A stretch of 64,000 bases of DNA. It comes from an uncultured Acidobacteriota bacterium. Lineage in GTDB: Bacteria; Acidobacteriota; UBA6911. The position numbers and the translations under genes are program-made. Below the pieces are notes generated by a model that saw only the letters and a program-made list of their open reading frames with translations, was not told where the DNA came from and did not search any database. Below, in pieces: positions 1 to 10,239 of this stretch. The stretch is taken from contig CAWEJX010000001.1 of assembly GCA_963809485.1 (NCBI GenBank), positions 320,001 to 384,000 on the forward strand, read 5' to 3'. Position 1 is the stretch's first letter, and the number at the start of each line of letters is the position of its first letter.

Positions 1-165
1 TTCGAGGCGGCTTTCTTCGGATTTGGGAGAGGCAAAACGGGAGAAGAGCTGCTCGAGATCCTCCCCTTTGCAGTACTTGCAGACAGGCCGGAAGGAATCA
101 ACCGACATCACCAGAAAACTCATCTTCCGTCTGCATTTTTTGCAGGAATATTCATAGATAGGCAT
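1..165 (-). CDS. FmdB-family zinc-ribbon protein (3' end truncated by window edge)
   Basis: Manual translation from ATG at 165: MPIYEYSCKKCRRKMSFLVMSVDSFRPVCKYCKGEDLEQLFSRF..., the MPxYEYxCxxC...CxxC FmdB signature; absent from the ORF track. Confidence 0.85.
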   Translation of the reverse strand, partial: MPIYEYSCKKCRRKMSFLVMSVDSFRPVCKYCKGEDLEQLFSRFASPKSEESRLE

Positions 166-223
166 GGCTGTTTCTCGCGCTATGGAGCATACAAAGTAAA
201 TAGTTTACCAGAGACTGCGCAGC

Positions 224-715
224 TCAGGAACTGCTTCGCCGATAAAGGCCGCTCTTCCCGCCGCTCTTTTCAAGGAGCTGTATCCTCTCGATCGAGGCTC
301 CCTTTTCAACGGCCTTGACCATATCGTAGAGCGTCAGGGCAGCTACGGAAGCGGCTGTCAGGGCTTCCATCTCGACCCCCGTAGGTCCGGCGCAGGAAAC
401 AGTGGCCAGGAAGCGCACGCCTCTGCTGCATGGTTCTCCTTCCACATCCACATGGCTCAGAAGCAGGGGATGGCACAAAGGGATGAGATCGGGAGTTCGT
501 TTGGCGGCCAGGATCCCCGCCAGCCGCGCTGTTTCCAGGGGATTCCCTTTGGGCAGCCTCCCTTTGCGGAGCAAAGTCATCGTCTTCCGCGAAAGCCGTA
601 CAAACGATTCTGCAACCGCCCGCCGCGACGTCACGGGCTTCTCCGTAACATCCACCATGCGCGCCCGTCCCTGCGCATCCAGATGCGTCAGTTTTTCAGA
701 TTTATTTTTGGTCAT
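224..715 (-). CDS. moaC: Cyclic pyranopterin monophosphate synthase MoaC
   Basis: [36 protein letters not shown] motifs. Confidence 0.97.
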   Translation of the reverse strand: MTKNKSEKLTHLDAQGRARMVDVTEKPVTSRRAVAESFVRLSRKTMTLLRKGRLPKGNPLETARLAGILAAKRTPDLIPLCHPLLLSHVDVEGEPCSRGVRFLATVSCAGPTGVEMEALTAASVAALTLYDMVKAVEKGASIERIQLLEKSGGKSGLYRRSSS

Positions 716-759
716 GGGATAAACAAAATCATGGATGATTGATATATGCCTCTGGGTTC

Positions 760-793
760 AAATCGTCAATCGTAAATCGTCATTCGTCAATTG
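760..793. repeat. Heptamer (AATCGTM-like) tandem repeat between moeA and moaC
   Basis: aaatcgtcaatcgtaaatcgtcattcgtcaattg; related to the arrays at 37250 and 42858. Confidence 0.6.
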
Positions 794-2014
794 TCAGCGC
801 TGCCTGACAAAAAAGTCTGGCAGCAGCATTATTTCCACAGTTTCTCCGCGGGGCAGGAAATCCCTGTTTTTGGGGAAAATGAAGGTTGCATTGGCGCGGG
901 TAAATCCGATGATATCGGCCGAGCTCTTCCACTGGAGCGGCTCAACCTTCCACCCGCCTGCTTCCCAAGACACCCATGCAGGCATGTATGCCGTCCTGCC
1001 GGGTGACTGCCGCATGTTACCCAGCAGCTCTCCCCTCATCCTCGGCAATTCCGGGCTCGTCATCCCGCACAGCCTCCCCAGCACCGGTCGCACGAAGCAT
1101 TCAAAAGTCACCAGCGCCGAAATCGGATTACCGGGCAAACCGAAGATCAGCTTATCGCCCTTTCGGGCAAAAACCGTGGGCTTGCCAGGCTTGATAGCGA
1201 CTTTGCTGAACAGGATTTCGAGCCCGAGATCGTCGAAGACATCCCGCACAAAGTCGTATTCGCCCATCGAGACCCCGCCGGTAATGATCAGTACGTCACG
1301 ATCGAGGCCTGCGATCATCTTGCTGCGCAGCTCCTCCCGGTCATCCCGCACGATGCCCAGATAGTCCGCCTCCAAATCCATATAGCGCAACTGGCTCAAC
1401 AGGCAATATGCATTCGAGTTTCGAATCTGATCAGCCCGCGGCGGCTGATCGAATTCCACCAGCTCATCACCGGTTGCAAAGATCGCAACGCTCGGCTTTG
1501 CATACACTTTGACACGGTGGTGCCCGAAAGTAGCCATAACTGCAATTTCAGCCGGCCCGACGCGATGACCGCATGGCAGGACAACCTGACCGGTTTGGCC
1601 TTCGGATCCGCGTGGGGCGATGTTTTCATGGACCTTAACCCCTGTCAATATTTTGACTTTCCGGCCATCGGGCGCTATTTGGGTCTGTTCGACAGGCAGA
1701 ACGGTATCCGCGCCCTCGGGAATGGGCGCTCCAGTCATAATGGCCATGGCCTGGCCGGCCTTCAATGCGCCTGGCATTCCCCCACCGGCGCGGCTTTCGC
1801 CCGCAATCTCGAGTTCGATGGGCACATTCACAACATCGGAAGCCAGGACCGCATAGCCGTCCATCGCAGATCTGTGGAAAGGAGGGATATCGCAAGTGGC
1901 GACGAGATCTTCGGCCAGCACGCGGCCCAGAGCCGCCTGGAACCGGACCTCCTCAATTCTGAGTCCCGGCAGGTCTGAAAGCAGAATTTCTAAAGCTTCT
2001 TCCACGCTTATCAT
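794..2014 (-). CDS. moeA: Molybdopterin molybdotransferase MoeA (gephyrin-like)
   Basis: GRVLAED, SAMDGYA, TGDEL, TGGVSMGEYD, GLPGNP motifs; likely start MISVEEA at 2014. Confidence 0.95.
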   Translation of the reverse strand: MISVEEALEILLSDLPGLRIEEVRFQAALGRVLAEDLVATCDIPPFHRSAMDGYAVLASDVVNVPIELEIAGESRAGGGMPGALKAGQAMAIMTGAPIPEGADTVLPVEQTQIAPDGRKVKILTGVKVHENIAPRGSEGQTGQVVLPCGHRVGPAEIAVMATFGHHRVKVYAKPSVAIFATGDELVEFDQPPRADQIRNSNAYCLLSQLRYMDLEADYLGIVRDDREELRSKMIAGLDRDVLIITGGVSMGEYDFVRDVFDDLGLEILFSKVAIKPGKPTVFARKGDKLIFGLPGNPISALVTFECFVRPVLGRLCGMTSPELPRMRGELLGNMRQSPGRTAYMPAWVSWEAGGWKVEPLQWKSSADIIGFTRANATFIFPKNRDFLPRGETVEIMLLPDFFVRQR

Positions 2015-2073
2015 AAAATCTCCCGGAGTACCTGGCGAATGAAGGGGCAAGAGAACAGGAAGGGAGTTGCCGT

Positions 2074-4584
2074 TTAGCGGCTTTCGGCCTGGGACCGCTT
2101 CGATGCAATTTCCATGCGAATTATCTCTTTGCTCTCACATTCGCCTTTGCCGCAGCCCCCTGATTTGCCTGGGAGCGCCTCTTCCTCTTTGCCGAATTTC
2201 CTCAGGTTCTCGGATAACTCCCTCAAACGCTGTTCGACAAGGTAGTTAACGGTCCCCTCTTCATAGAGATTATGCTCATTCCGCTTTCCGGCCGGAACAC
2301 CTGTAAGTATTTCAATTCCCTCATCGATGGAGCTGACGGCATAGATATGGAATGTTCCGGCAGCCACGGCTTCAACCATGTCGCTTCGCAGCATCAGATT
2401 TCTTACATTCTGTGCCGGAATCATTACGCCCTGCTCCCCGGTCAGGCCTTTGGCTTTGCAGACATCGAAGAAGCCCTCGATCTTTTGATTCACGCCGCCG
2501 ATGGGCTGAACCCGCCCGTTCTGGTCGACGGACCCCGTTACGGCAATGCCCTGCCTGATGGGGATACCCGAGAGGCTTGAAAGCAGCGCGTAAAGCTCGG
2601 TCGAAGAGGCGCTGTCGCCGTCTATCCCCTCATAAGACTGCTCAAAGCAAAGGCTGGCAGCCACAGAAAGGGGTCTCTCCTGGGCGTATCTGGCGCCCAG
2701 GTAGCCGCTCAGGATGAGCACGCCCTTGTCGTAGATCCTGCCGCTCATTTTTGATTCCCGCTCTATATCTATAACCCCGCTCTTCCCGAGATATGTCTTG
2801 GCCGTAATCCGGGAAGGCCTCCCAAACCGGATATCTCCCAGGTCTATGACGGCCAGTCCGTTGACCTGTCCGACCGCTTTTCCCGAAATATCCACAAGCA
2901 GAGTGCCGTCCGTGATGAGGCTCCGGATCTTTTCCTCAAAGAGGCTCGAGCGGTAGTATTTTTCCTCCACGGCCCGCTGGACATGCCCCGCCGAAACGGC
3001 TTCACAGCCCGCGCTCCTGGCCCAGTGGCTCGCTTCCCGGACAATGTCGGCGATGTCGCTGAAGCGTGCCGAGAGCTTTTGCTGATCGTCGACCAGCCAT
3101 GCGCCGTATTCGACGACCCTGGCTACACCTGTCGGATCGAAGTGCAGCAAACCCTCATCGCAGCAGCGGGAGCCGATAAATGCAGCGTAATCATTAAAGG
3201 CCCGGTCATCCCGGGTCATCTCGGAATCGAAGTCTGCCTTGACTTTGAAGATTTTGCGAAAATCCTCATCCAGCCCAAACAGCTCGTGATAAATGAACTG
3301 GTTCCCGATCATGATAACTTTGACATTCACAGAAATCGGGTTTGGCCTCATGCCGGCGACCGGCAGAATGCCGAACTGCTCGCCGAGGTCCTCGATTCTC
3401 ACTTCCTTGTTTTTTACAGTGCGCTTTAGGCTTTCCCAGGCTCCCGGATTCAAAAGAACATCGTGCACGTTGATTACGAGGAATCCGCCATTTGCTCTGG
3501 CACAGGAACCTGCGCGGATCAGGGTAAAGTCTGCCGAAAGGGTTCCGAACTGAGCCCGACGCTCGACGCGTCCGAAAAGGTTGTAATAGGTGGGATTGGT
3601 TTCTATGATTACGGGGGCCCCTTTGAGATCCGTGTTGTCCACAACAATATTGACGCTATATTTTGCAAAGGGATCCGTCGGAGCCTCAAGCCGGATTTGG
3701 GCGGCCCCCGCTGGATCCTGCTTCGAGGAATCCTCGGTGAAATCCTCCAGGTTCGAGAGTATGTGCTCCTGAACATCATTCAGATAGGCAATCACACTTG
3801 GGAACCCGGCATGCTGGTCCCTGATCCCGTCAATCCGTATCCCGACGACATATAGCCCGACTCTCCGGTGCAACTCATTGATCTGGTCACGGCTTTCCTT
3901 GTTGGCGTCACGGACCTGCCGCAGAAAAGCCTGAATATCCTGATCCAGTCCGGACCGGCGCTGGTCAATCTGCTTCTTCGCCTCCGGATCCAGGGATTCG
4001 TATTGTTCGGGCGTAATGGGCTTTCCCTCCAGCATCGGCACCAGGGAGACTCCAACTTTTGTGACCTCAAGCGCAAAACCCTCGCCGCGGGCTTTCTCCG
4101 ACAGCTGGTTAAAGAGCGCCTGCTGCAGCATCTGGTTTTCACGCATGAGCGTGCTGACGCTCTCTTCGTACTCCTTCGATTCAAAGGCCTTGGGGATATT
4201 AATCTTCAGCTGGCGAACCAGCTCTTCCATCTCAGCCTTCAGAACTTTGCCTTGCCCTGCCGGCAGGTTCAGGATGGTGGGGCAGTGGGGATCCCGGAAG
4301 TTATAAACGTAGCACCAGTCATCCGGGCAGGGCATTTGTGCCGCTATTTCTTCCAGGAATGTCTTGATAACGGTTGTTTTTCCGGTTCCGGTCAAGCCGC
4401 TGACATAGATATTGTAGCCCGGAGAAGCGATATCGAGGCCGAAACGAATGGCCCGGGTAGGGCGCTCCTGCTCTATGATGCCTTTCAGCGGAGGCAGCTC
4501 CGCAGTGGTCTTGAATGAAAACACGGAAGGATTACAGTTCCAGCGCAGACTTTCCACCGGCAATTCGTTGCCTTTTTCTGTCAT
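2074..4584 (-). CDS. Lon-like (LonB/LonC-type, AAA_32 + S16) protease
   Basis: Walker A GLTGTGKT, GQVNGL, catalytic GDSAS and GGVNQK (Ser-Lys dyad). Confidence 0.9.
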   Translation of the reverse strand: MTEKGNELPVESLRWNCNPSVFSFKTTAELPPLKGIIEQERPTRAIRFGLDIASPGYNIYVSGLTGTGKTTVIKTFLEEIAAQMPCPDDWCYVYNFRDPHCPTILNLPAGQGKVLKAEMEELVRQLKINIPKAFESKEYEESVSTLMRENQMLQQALFNQLSEKARGEGFALEVTKVGVSLVPMLEGKPITPEQYESLDPEAKKQIDQRRSGLDQDIQAFLRQVRDANKESRDQINELHRRVGLYVVGIRIDGIRDQHAGFPSVIAYLNDVQEHILSNLEDFTEDSSKQDPAGAAQIRLEAPTDPFAKYSVNIVVDNTDLKGAPVIIETNPTYYNLFGRVERRAQFGTLSADFTLIRAGSCARANGGFLVINVHDVLLNPGAWESLKRTVKNKEVRIEDLGEQFGILPVAGMRPNPISVNVKVIMIGNQFIYHELFGLDEDFRKIFKVKADFDSEMTRDDRAFNDYAAFIGSRCCDEGLLHFDPTGVARVVEYGAWLVDDQQKLSARFSDIADIVREASHWARSAGCEAVSAGHVQRAVEEKYYRSSLFEEKIRSLITDGTLLVDISGKAVGQVNGLAVIDLGDIRFGRPSRITAKTYLGKSGVIDIERESKMSGRIYDKGVLILSGYLGARYAQERPLSVAASLCFEQSYEGIDGDSASSTELYALLSSLSGIPIRQGIAVTGSVDQNGRVQPIGGVNQKIEGFFDVCKAKGLTGEQGVMIPAQNVRNLMLRSDMVEAVAAGTFHIYAVSSIDEGIEILTGVPAGKRNEHNLYEEGTVNYLVEQRLRELSENLRKFGKEEEALPGKSGGCGKGECESKEIIRMEIASKRSQAESR

Positions 4585-4614
4585 CGCTTTCCCCCGAACA
4601 TAGAATAGTTCAAG

Positions 4615-5097
4615 TTATCGCTTGTACCCGATCTTTCGCAGAAATTCCCGTCTGGCCTTCACGTCCGGCTCACTTTCCACACCCTTGGGAGAAAAGCCGT
4701 CCACAACGCCCAAAACGCCTCTTCCCTGGCCGGTTTCCGCAATGATGACTTCCAGCGGGTTGGCGGTGGCGCAGAATATGCGGCAAACCTCAGAGCATGA
4801 CTTCACAGCGTTGAGCACATTTATGGGGAACGCCTCCTTGAGCATGATCACAAAGGTGTGGCCGGCTGCCATGCTCATGGCGTTTTCAGAGGCGGTTTTT
4901 TCCAACTCTTCGTCATTCCCTTCAACGCGAATCAGGCAAGGTCCTGAAGCTTCACAGAAAGCTATTCCGAACTTCGCGTGCGGGCAACCGGTTGACAGGG
5001 TTTCAAAAAGGTCCTCAACTGTCTTTATGAAATGACTCTGGCCAACTATGATATTGCAGTTTTCAGGCACGGTCAGCCGGATGCTATGGATTTCCAT
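4615..5097 (-). CDS. Adenosine-specific kinase family protein (DUF355)
   Basis: [45 protein letters not shown]; start MEIHSI at 5097 with GGAGG upstream. Confidence 0.88.
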   Translation of the reverse strand: MEIHSIRLTVPENCNIIVGQSHFIKTVEDLFETLSTGCPHAKFGIAFCEASGPCLIRVEGNDEELEKTASENAMSMAAGHTFVIMLKEAFPINVLNAVKSCSEVCRIFCATANPLEVIIAETGQGRGVLGVVDGFSPKGVESEPDVKARREFLRKIGYKR

Positions 5098-5409
5098 ATT
5101 TAGCCTCCCCCGGGGACGCCAGGTCCCCGGCAGATCGGTTATTGCCACCGGTTGCAGGCGACCTCCGCCAGTGCTATCCGGCTTCAAGCGGACACCGGAT
5201 CGCGGATCAGGGCACAATACAAACAGTTCATGCCTTCTGTTGCCCTGATCCAGGGCATCATCTATAATCGTTGCACGGTACAGAGTCGCCGGCGGGATTG
5301 TAACACAGATATCCATTACTTATGCCTGGGCAAGTGTCTGGCCGATAAGGCAACCGTAGCCCGGGATCCTTCAGGCAATTTCAGCCCAGGCAGGGAGTCA
5401 GAAAGAAAT

Positions 5410-7263
5410 ATGTGCGGCATTGTGGGTTATGTTGGCAAGAAACCGGTTGTTTCCCTTATTGTCAACGGATTGCGAAAGCTGGAATATCGCGGATATGACT
5501 CTGCAGGAATTGCGGTTGTACGAAGCAGGCAGATCCAGGTCCGAAGGGCGCCGGGAAAGCTCGGCAACCTGGTCCGTTCTCTGGCCGCAGAGCCCCTGGA
5601 AGGAGATTACGGAATCGGTCACACCCGATGGGCGACCCATGGGCGGCCCACAGAAGAAAATGCGCATCCCCATCGTGACTGCACCGGAAAAATTGCCGTC
5701 GTCCACAACGGCATCATCGAAAATTATCTCGAGCTGAAAACGAAGCTGCAGCAAATGAACCACCGCTTTGCCACGGAGACCGATACGGAGGTAATCGCGC
5801 ACCTCGTGGAGTCGATGATGCCGGGAAGATCGTTTCCCGAGGCTGCAGGCGCCGCCCTGCAGCAATTGCGCGGAAGCTTTGCCGTTTGCCTGCTTTCCGC
5901 CGAGGATCCGGATACCATCATCGCGGCCCGGAATGGGCCGCCGCTCATCCTGGGCCTCGGAGAAGGCGAGTCCCTCGTAGCGTCCGACGTCCCCGCCCTG
6001 CTAGAGCATACGCGCAGCATGTATTTCATGAGAGACGGAGAAATGGCGGTTCTCTCCCGCGGAAAAGCGGTTCTTCGGGATTTCCACGGCAGGCATTTGC
6101 CGCTTACGCCCCAGGAGGTCCAATGGAGCCCCGAAATGGCCGAGAAGGGAGGCTACAGCCATTTCATGCTTAAGGAAATCCACGAGCAGCCGCGTAGCCT
6201 GCGCGAGACACTCGCAGGGCGGATTTCGCCCGATTTGAAGCGCGTCGTCCTGGAAGAAGCCAACATTCCGGGTGATGCGCTTAAAAAAATCAAGCGGATC
6301 CACATCGTCGCCTGCGGAACATCCTGGCACGCCGCCCTTGTGGGAAAGTTCCTGATAGAGGATTTTGCTCGCATTCCCGTAGAGATCGACTACGGATCGG
6401 AGTTCCGCTATCGCAATCCCCTGGTTGACAAAAGCTCCCTCGTCATCGCCATCAGCCAATCCGGCGAGACGGCGGACACCCTCGCAGCCGTGCGGGAAGC
6501 GCGGGCAAAGCAGGCCAGAATCCTGTCGATCTGCAACGTGGTTGGAAGCATGCTGTCCAGGGAGAGCGACGGCAATCTTTATATACGCAGCGGGCCTGAA
6601 ATCGGGGTTGCCTCGACCAAGGCGTTTACGAGTCAGCTGGCCGTGCTTGTGCTGGTAGCCGTCTATCTGGCGCAAGCGCGAAGGAAGATAGCGCCGGAAC
6701 ACGCAGCTGTCCTGTTGTCGGAGTTGATCCGGGCCCCGCAATGCATTCAGCAGATCCTGGCCCAGAGCCCGGCCTATGAGGAGATCGCCGGAGTAATCTG
6801 CCGCAAGAACAACGCGCTGTACCTCGGGCGTGGCATTCAATACCCCACGGCACTGGAGGGCGCACTGAAGCTTAAGGAGATTTCCTACATACACGCGGAA
6901 GGCTATCCTGCCGGAGAGATGAAGCATGGGCCGAACGCGCTGATTGACCGGAACCTGCCGGTCGTCGCCATCGCTGCCAGGGATCTGCAGAGCTCCAAAT
7001 CGGTACTGCGTTATGAAAAGATGATCAGCAATATCGAGGAAGTGCGCGCGCGTGAGGGAATCATTGTCGCACTGGCCAGCGAAGGGGATACGCAAATCTC
7101 CCATCTGTCCGAGAATATCATCCGCGTGCCGGAAATCACCGACTGCCTGCTGCCGATCCTGTCCATCGTGCCGCTTCAACTCCTGGCGTACCATATTGCG
7201 GTTCTGCGGGGATGCGACGTGGACCAGCCGCGCAATCTCGCCAAAAGCGTTACCGTTGAATGA
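5410..7263 (+). CDS. glmS: Glutamine--fructose-6-phosphate transaminase (isomerizing)
   Basis: Starts MCGIVG, GHTRWATHG, SQSGETADT, ends PRNLAKSVTVE. Confidence 0.98.
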   Translation: MCGIVGYVGKKPVVSLIVNGLRKLEYRGYDSAGIAVVRSRQIQVRRAPGKLGNLVRSLAAEPLEGDYGIGHTRWATHGRPTEENAHPHRDCTGKIAVVHNGIIENYLELKTKLQQMNHRFATETDTEVIAHLVESMMPGRSFPEAAGAALQQLRGSFAVCLLSAEDPDTIIAARNGPPLILGLGEGESLVASDVPALLEHTRSMYFMRDGEMAVLSRGKAVLRDFHGRHLPLTPQEVQWSPEMAEKGGYSHFMLKEIHEQPRSLRETLAGRISPDLKRVVLEEANIPGDALKKIKRIHIVACGTSWHAALVGKFLIEDFARIPVEIDYGSEFRYRNPLVDKSSLVIAISQSGETADTLAAVREARAKQARILSICNVVGSMLSRESDGNLYIRSGPEIGVASTKAFTSQLAVLVLVAVYLAQARRKIAPEHAAVLLSELIRAPQCIQQILAQSPAYEEIAGVICRKNNALYLGRGIQYPTALEGALKLKEISYIHAEGYPAGEMKHGPNALIDRNLPVVAIAARDLQSSKSVLRYEKMISNIEEVRAREGIIVALASEGDTQISHLSENIIRVPEITDCLLPILSIVPLQLLAYHIAVLRGCDVDQPRNLAKSVTVE

Positions 7264-7586
7264 CGCATCCCGATTTTTGATAACTCCTGCATTGGGCGCT
7301 GCAGCAGTTTCAACCGCTGATCTTAATCCTGAGGATCATCGTTCATCAGCGTTTTTGCGGGCATCTGGCAGCGTAACCTGACCCGGGAGGATTACCCCTT
7401 ACCCGCCGTTTTCCCATCCGCCTCCGCGCGATAGCACCCGATATACCCGAAAATAGCCAGGCTGCCGACCGCATATATTTTTAATTCAATTGGGGCAATT
7501 GACCCACCATTTTGGTTTATTTGGCCATATTTAAGCAAATTTTCCGTCAAGAGCACGGATGCATCCGAGCGTTGGCCAAATAATTG

Positions 7587-7608
7587 TTCATACAAATAGT
7601 TGTATGAA
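7587..7608. promoter_or_regulatory. Perfect 9-4-9 palindrome in the AT-rich region upstream of hdrC; candidate transcription-factor site
   Basis: TTCATACAA-ATAG-TTGTATGAA, followed by TATAAT at 7616-7621. Confidence 0.45.
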
Positions 7609-7902
7609 AATAACTTATAATGTGTATATATTTTTTATTCAGATTTTGAAGCAATTGGAATGGCATGTGCATACAAAAAATAGTCGGCAGCAGAACAAGC
7701 CGACATTTATTTCTCCGATCAGTTAGCACGCACACGCTCAAGTTGGCAGTTTGCTCCAATCCGATGATCCAGCTGGGGGAGAGTTAGATCCTCTGGATTT
7801 TGGCCGTTTAACTCGAGCATTACAAGATCAAGGACCAGGGCTCGATCGATCGATCCAACGGGGGATTCAGATTGATTCGGGACGGGGAACCGGAGGCCTT
7901 TC

Positions 7903-8484
7903 ATGAATGGAGTTCAGCAGACGGTGATTTACGAGAAAGCCATGGATCTGCAGTTTCTCAATGAGGTCTATCGCATTCCAGGCGGTGAAAAGATCAAGGA
8001 TTGCATCCAGTGCGGCACCTGCAGCGGATCCTGCCCGGTATCCTGGGCGATGGAGGAAACGCCCCGACAGATATTCGCCATGGTCCGGGCGGGGATGAGG
8101 GATAAGGTATTAGACAGCCTCACGATATGGACCTGTGCGTCCTGCTACCAGTGCATGCATCGCTGCCCTCAGAAGATCAAGATTACAGACATTATGTACA
8201 TGCTTAAGAGAATGGCCATACGGGAGAACCGTCAACGGAGTAAGAATGCGGGCATCATGTCGAGGTCATTCGTGGATATTGTTAACAAGAAAGGCCGCAA
8301 TCACGAGACCTCGCTAATGGTCAAAATCCTGCTGGGCACAAACCCACTTGGGGCGATATCCCTGGCACCTATCGGCATCGGTTTGTACACCCACCATCGC
8401 CTTCCCCTATTCGGGAAAGGAGTTCGCGATATTGTTGGCCTTCGAAAAATCGTTGCCAAAGCTCAAGAATTGGGAGGTGAATGA
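7903..8484 (+). CDS. hdrC: Heterodisulfide reductase subunit C (2x[4Fe-4S])
   Basis: CIQCGTCSGSCP and CASCYQCMHRCP motifs; GGAGG RBS; adjacent to hdrB. Confidence 0.92.
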   Translation: MNGVQQTVIYEKAMDLQFLNEVYRIPGGEKIKDCIQCGTCSGSCPVSWAMEETPRQIFAMVRAGMRDKVLDSLTIWTCASCYQCMHRCPQKIKITDIMYMLKRMAIRENRQRSKNAGIMSRSFVDIVNKKGRNHETSLMVKILLGTNPLGAISLAPIGIGLYTHHRLPLFGKGVRDIVGLRKIVAKAQELGGE

Positions 8485-9350
8485 TGCGTTACGCTTATTA
8501 CCCCGGGTGTTCCCTGGAGGCGACTGGGAGACCCTATGAGGAATCGGTGAAAGCAGTTGCCAAGGCGTTGGGGATTGAGCTGGTGGAGCTTGAAGACTGG
8601 AACTGTTGTGGCGCCACGGCCTATATGAGCGTAAATGAAGTTCTCTCTTTCAGTTTGAGCGCCCGCAACCTGACCCAGGCAAAAAAGATAGGGGACACGT
8701 TGGTCACAGCCTGCAGTGCCTGCTATACGAATTTGCGCAAGACAGAAACCTATCTCGCTGATTTCCCGGAAATTAAGGGCAAAGTTGATGCAGCCCTAGC
8801 AGAGGCGGGTTTAAAGTATGAAGGAGGCGTTGTCACAAAGCACTTTCTTCAGACAGTTGTGCAGGACGTCGGGCTGGATCGGATCAAATCCCTCGTGAAA
8901 ATCCCTCTTTCAGGACTTCGGGTAGCTCCCTATTATGGCTGTCAAATAGCCAGACCTTATGGCATAGAGGACGACTCGGATAATCCGACCATGATGGACA
9001 GGCTGATTGAGGCAATCGGCGCAACTCCGACCAACTATCCGATGAAGACGATGTGCTGCGGCGGCTCTTTGATGGGAATACGCAAGGAGGTTGCGCTTCG
9101 CCTCTGCCGTAATTTGCTTCTCTGCGCCCAGCAGTATGGCGCGCAATGCGTTGTAGTAACGTGCCCGCTATGTCAAATGAACCTGGATGCGTTTCAATCG
9201 GCCATTAACAAGGCCTACGGCACGAGCTTCAATCTTCCAATAGTTTATTTCACTCAATTGATGGGCCTTGCGTTTGGACTGGATTCGAGGGGCCTGGGGC
9301 TGAAGGATTGCATCGTCTCGGCGACGGAAGCCATCGCGAAATACGCATAA
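8481..9350 (+). CDS. hdrB: Heterodisulfide reductase subunit B (two CCG domains)
   Basis: YYPGCS, WNCCGA, ACSAC, YYGC, CCGG, CPLC motifs. Confidence 0.95.
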   Translation: MMRYAYYPGCSLEATGRPYEESVKAVAKALGIELVELEDWNCCGATAYMSVNEVLSFSLSARNLTQAKKIGDTLVTACSACYTNLRKTETYLADFPEIKGKVDAALAEAGLKYEGGVVTKHFLQTVVQDVGLDRIKSLVKIPLSGLRVAPYYGCQIARPYGIEDDSDNPTMMDRLIEAIGATPTNYPMKTMCCGGSLMGIRKEVALRLCRNLLLCAQQYGAQCVVVTCPLCQMNLDAFQSAINKAYGTSFNLPIVYFTQLMGLAFGLDSRGLGLKDCIVSATEAIAKYA

Positions 9351-9359
9351 GGAGATCGC

Positions 9360-10223
9360 ATGAGTACCAAAATTGGCGTCTATGTGTGCCACTGCGGCAC
9401 GAACATCTCCGGCAAAGTGAACGTTGTTGATGTTGCCCAGTTTGCCAGGACCCTGCCCGGCGTGGTAGTAGCCCGGGAGTATAAATTCATGTGCTCGGAT
9501 CCGGGACAGATACTTATTGAGGACGACATCAAAAACCTGGGCCTTGACCGCATCGTGGTGGCCTCATGTTCCCCGCTGATGCACGAACCCACTTTCCGCG
9601 GCGCGTGCGAGAGGGCCAACGTAAACCGCTATCTGTTCCAGATGGCAAATATACGGGAGCATTGCTCGTGGGTAACCGTGGATCCGAACGCGGCAACCGA
9701 AAAAGCCAAGGCTCTGCTTGCCGGTGCAGTCGCCAAAGCCGGCAATCTCCAATCACTGCCGCACAAAACCGTTCCGGTAAATCCAGCGGCTCTTGTGGTG
9801 GGCGCAGGGATTGCGGGGATTCAGGCAGCTCTGGATATCGCCGATGCGGGGCGGACCGTGTATCTGGTCGAAAAACAGCCCTCGATAGGCGGGCACATGG
9901 CCCTGTTCGACAAGACTTTCCCAACCTTGGATTGCGCAGCCTGCATTCTGACTCCCAAGATGGTGCAAGTTGGCAAACATCCGAATATAAAGCTGATGCC
10001 TTCCAGCGAAGTTGAAAAAGTTGAAGGGTTTGTCGGCAACTTCAGTGTAAAGGTCCGACATAAGGCCACTTACGTCGATGCCACCAAATGCACCGGTTGT
10101 GGGCTTTGCTGGGAATCGTGCCCGGCGAGGAAAATCCCTGCAACCCGCGTAATACGCAAAGGCCAACTGGTTATAGGCAGCAGCAAGGGCGGCAACGGAT
10201 TCCTGAAAAGCTCTGTTCGATAA
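9360..10223 (+). CDS. hdrA: Heterodisulfide reductase subunit A, N-terminal half (split HdrA)
   Basis: VYVCHCGTNI, ASCSPLMHE, NIREHCSW, FAD motif GAGIAG, DKTFPTLDCAACIL; ends after one ferredoxin motif CTGCGLCWESCP. Confidence 0.9.
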   Translation: MSTKIGVYVCHCGTNISGKVNVVDVAQFARTLPGVVVAREYKFMCSDPGQILIEDDIKNLGLDRIVVASCSPLMHEPTFRGACERANVNRYLFQMANIREHCSWVTVDPNAATEKAKALLAGAVAKAGNLQSLPHKTVPVNPAALVVGAGIAGIQAALDIADAGRTVYLVEKQPSIGGHMALFDKTFPTLDCAACILTPKMVQVGKHPNIKLMPSSEVEKVEGFVGNFSVKVRHKATYVDATKCTGCGLCWESCPARKIPATRVIRKGQLVIGSSKGGNGFLKSSVR

Positions 10224-10239
10224 TAGATGAAGGCAAAAA

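Noticed and set aside
5152-5409. glmS ribozyme, or a long N-terminal extension of GlmS
   Set aside because: GlmS must start at MCGI (5410) to expose Cys1, and I could not identify the ribozyme core in the leader.
7740-7760. TTGGCAGTTTGCT as a sigma-54 promoter
   Set aside because: The GG-GC spacing is too short for the required GG-N10-GC.
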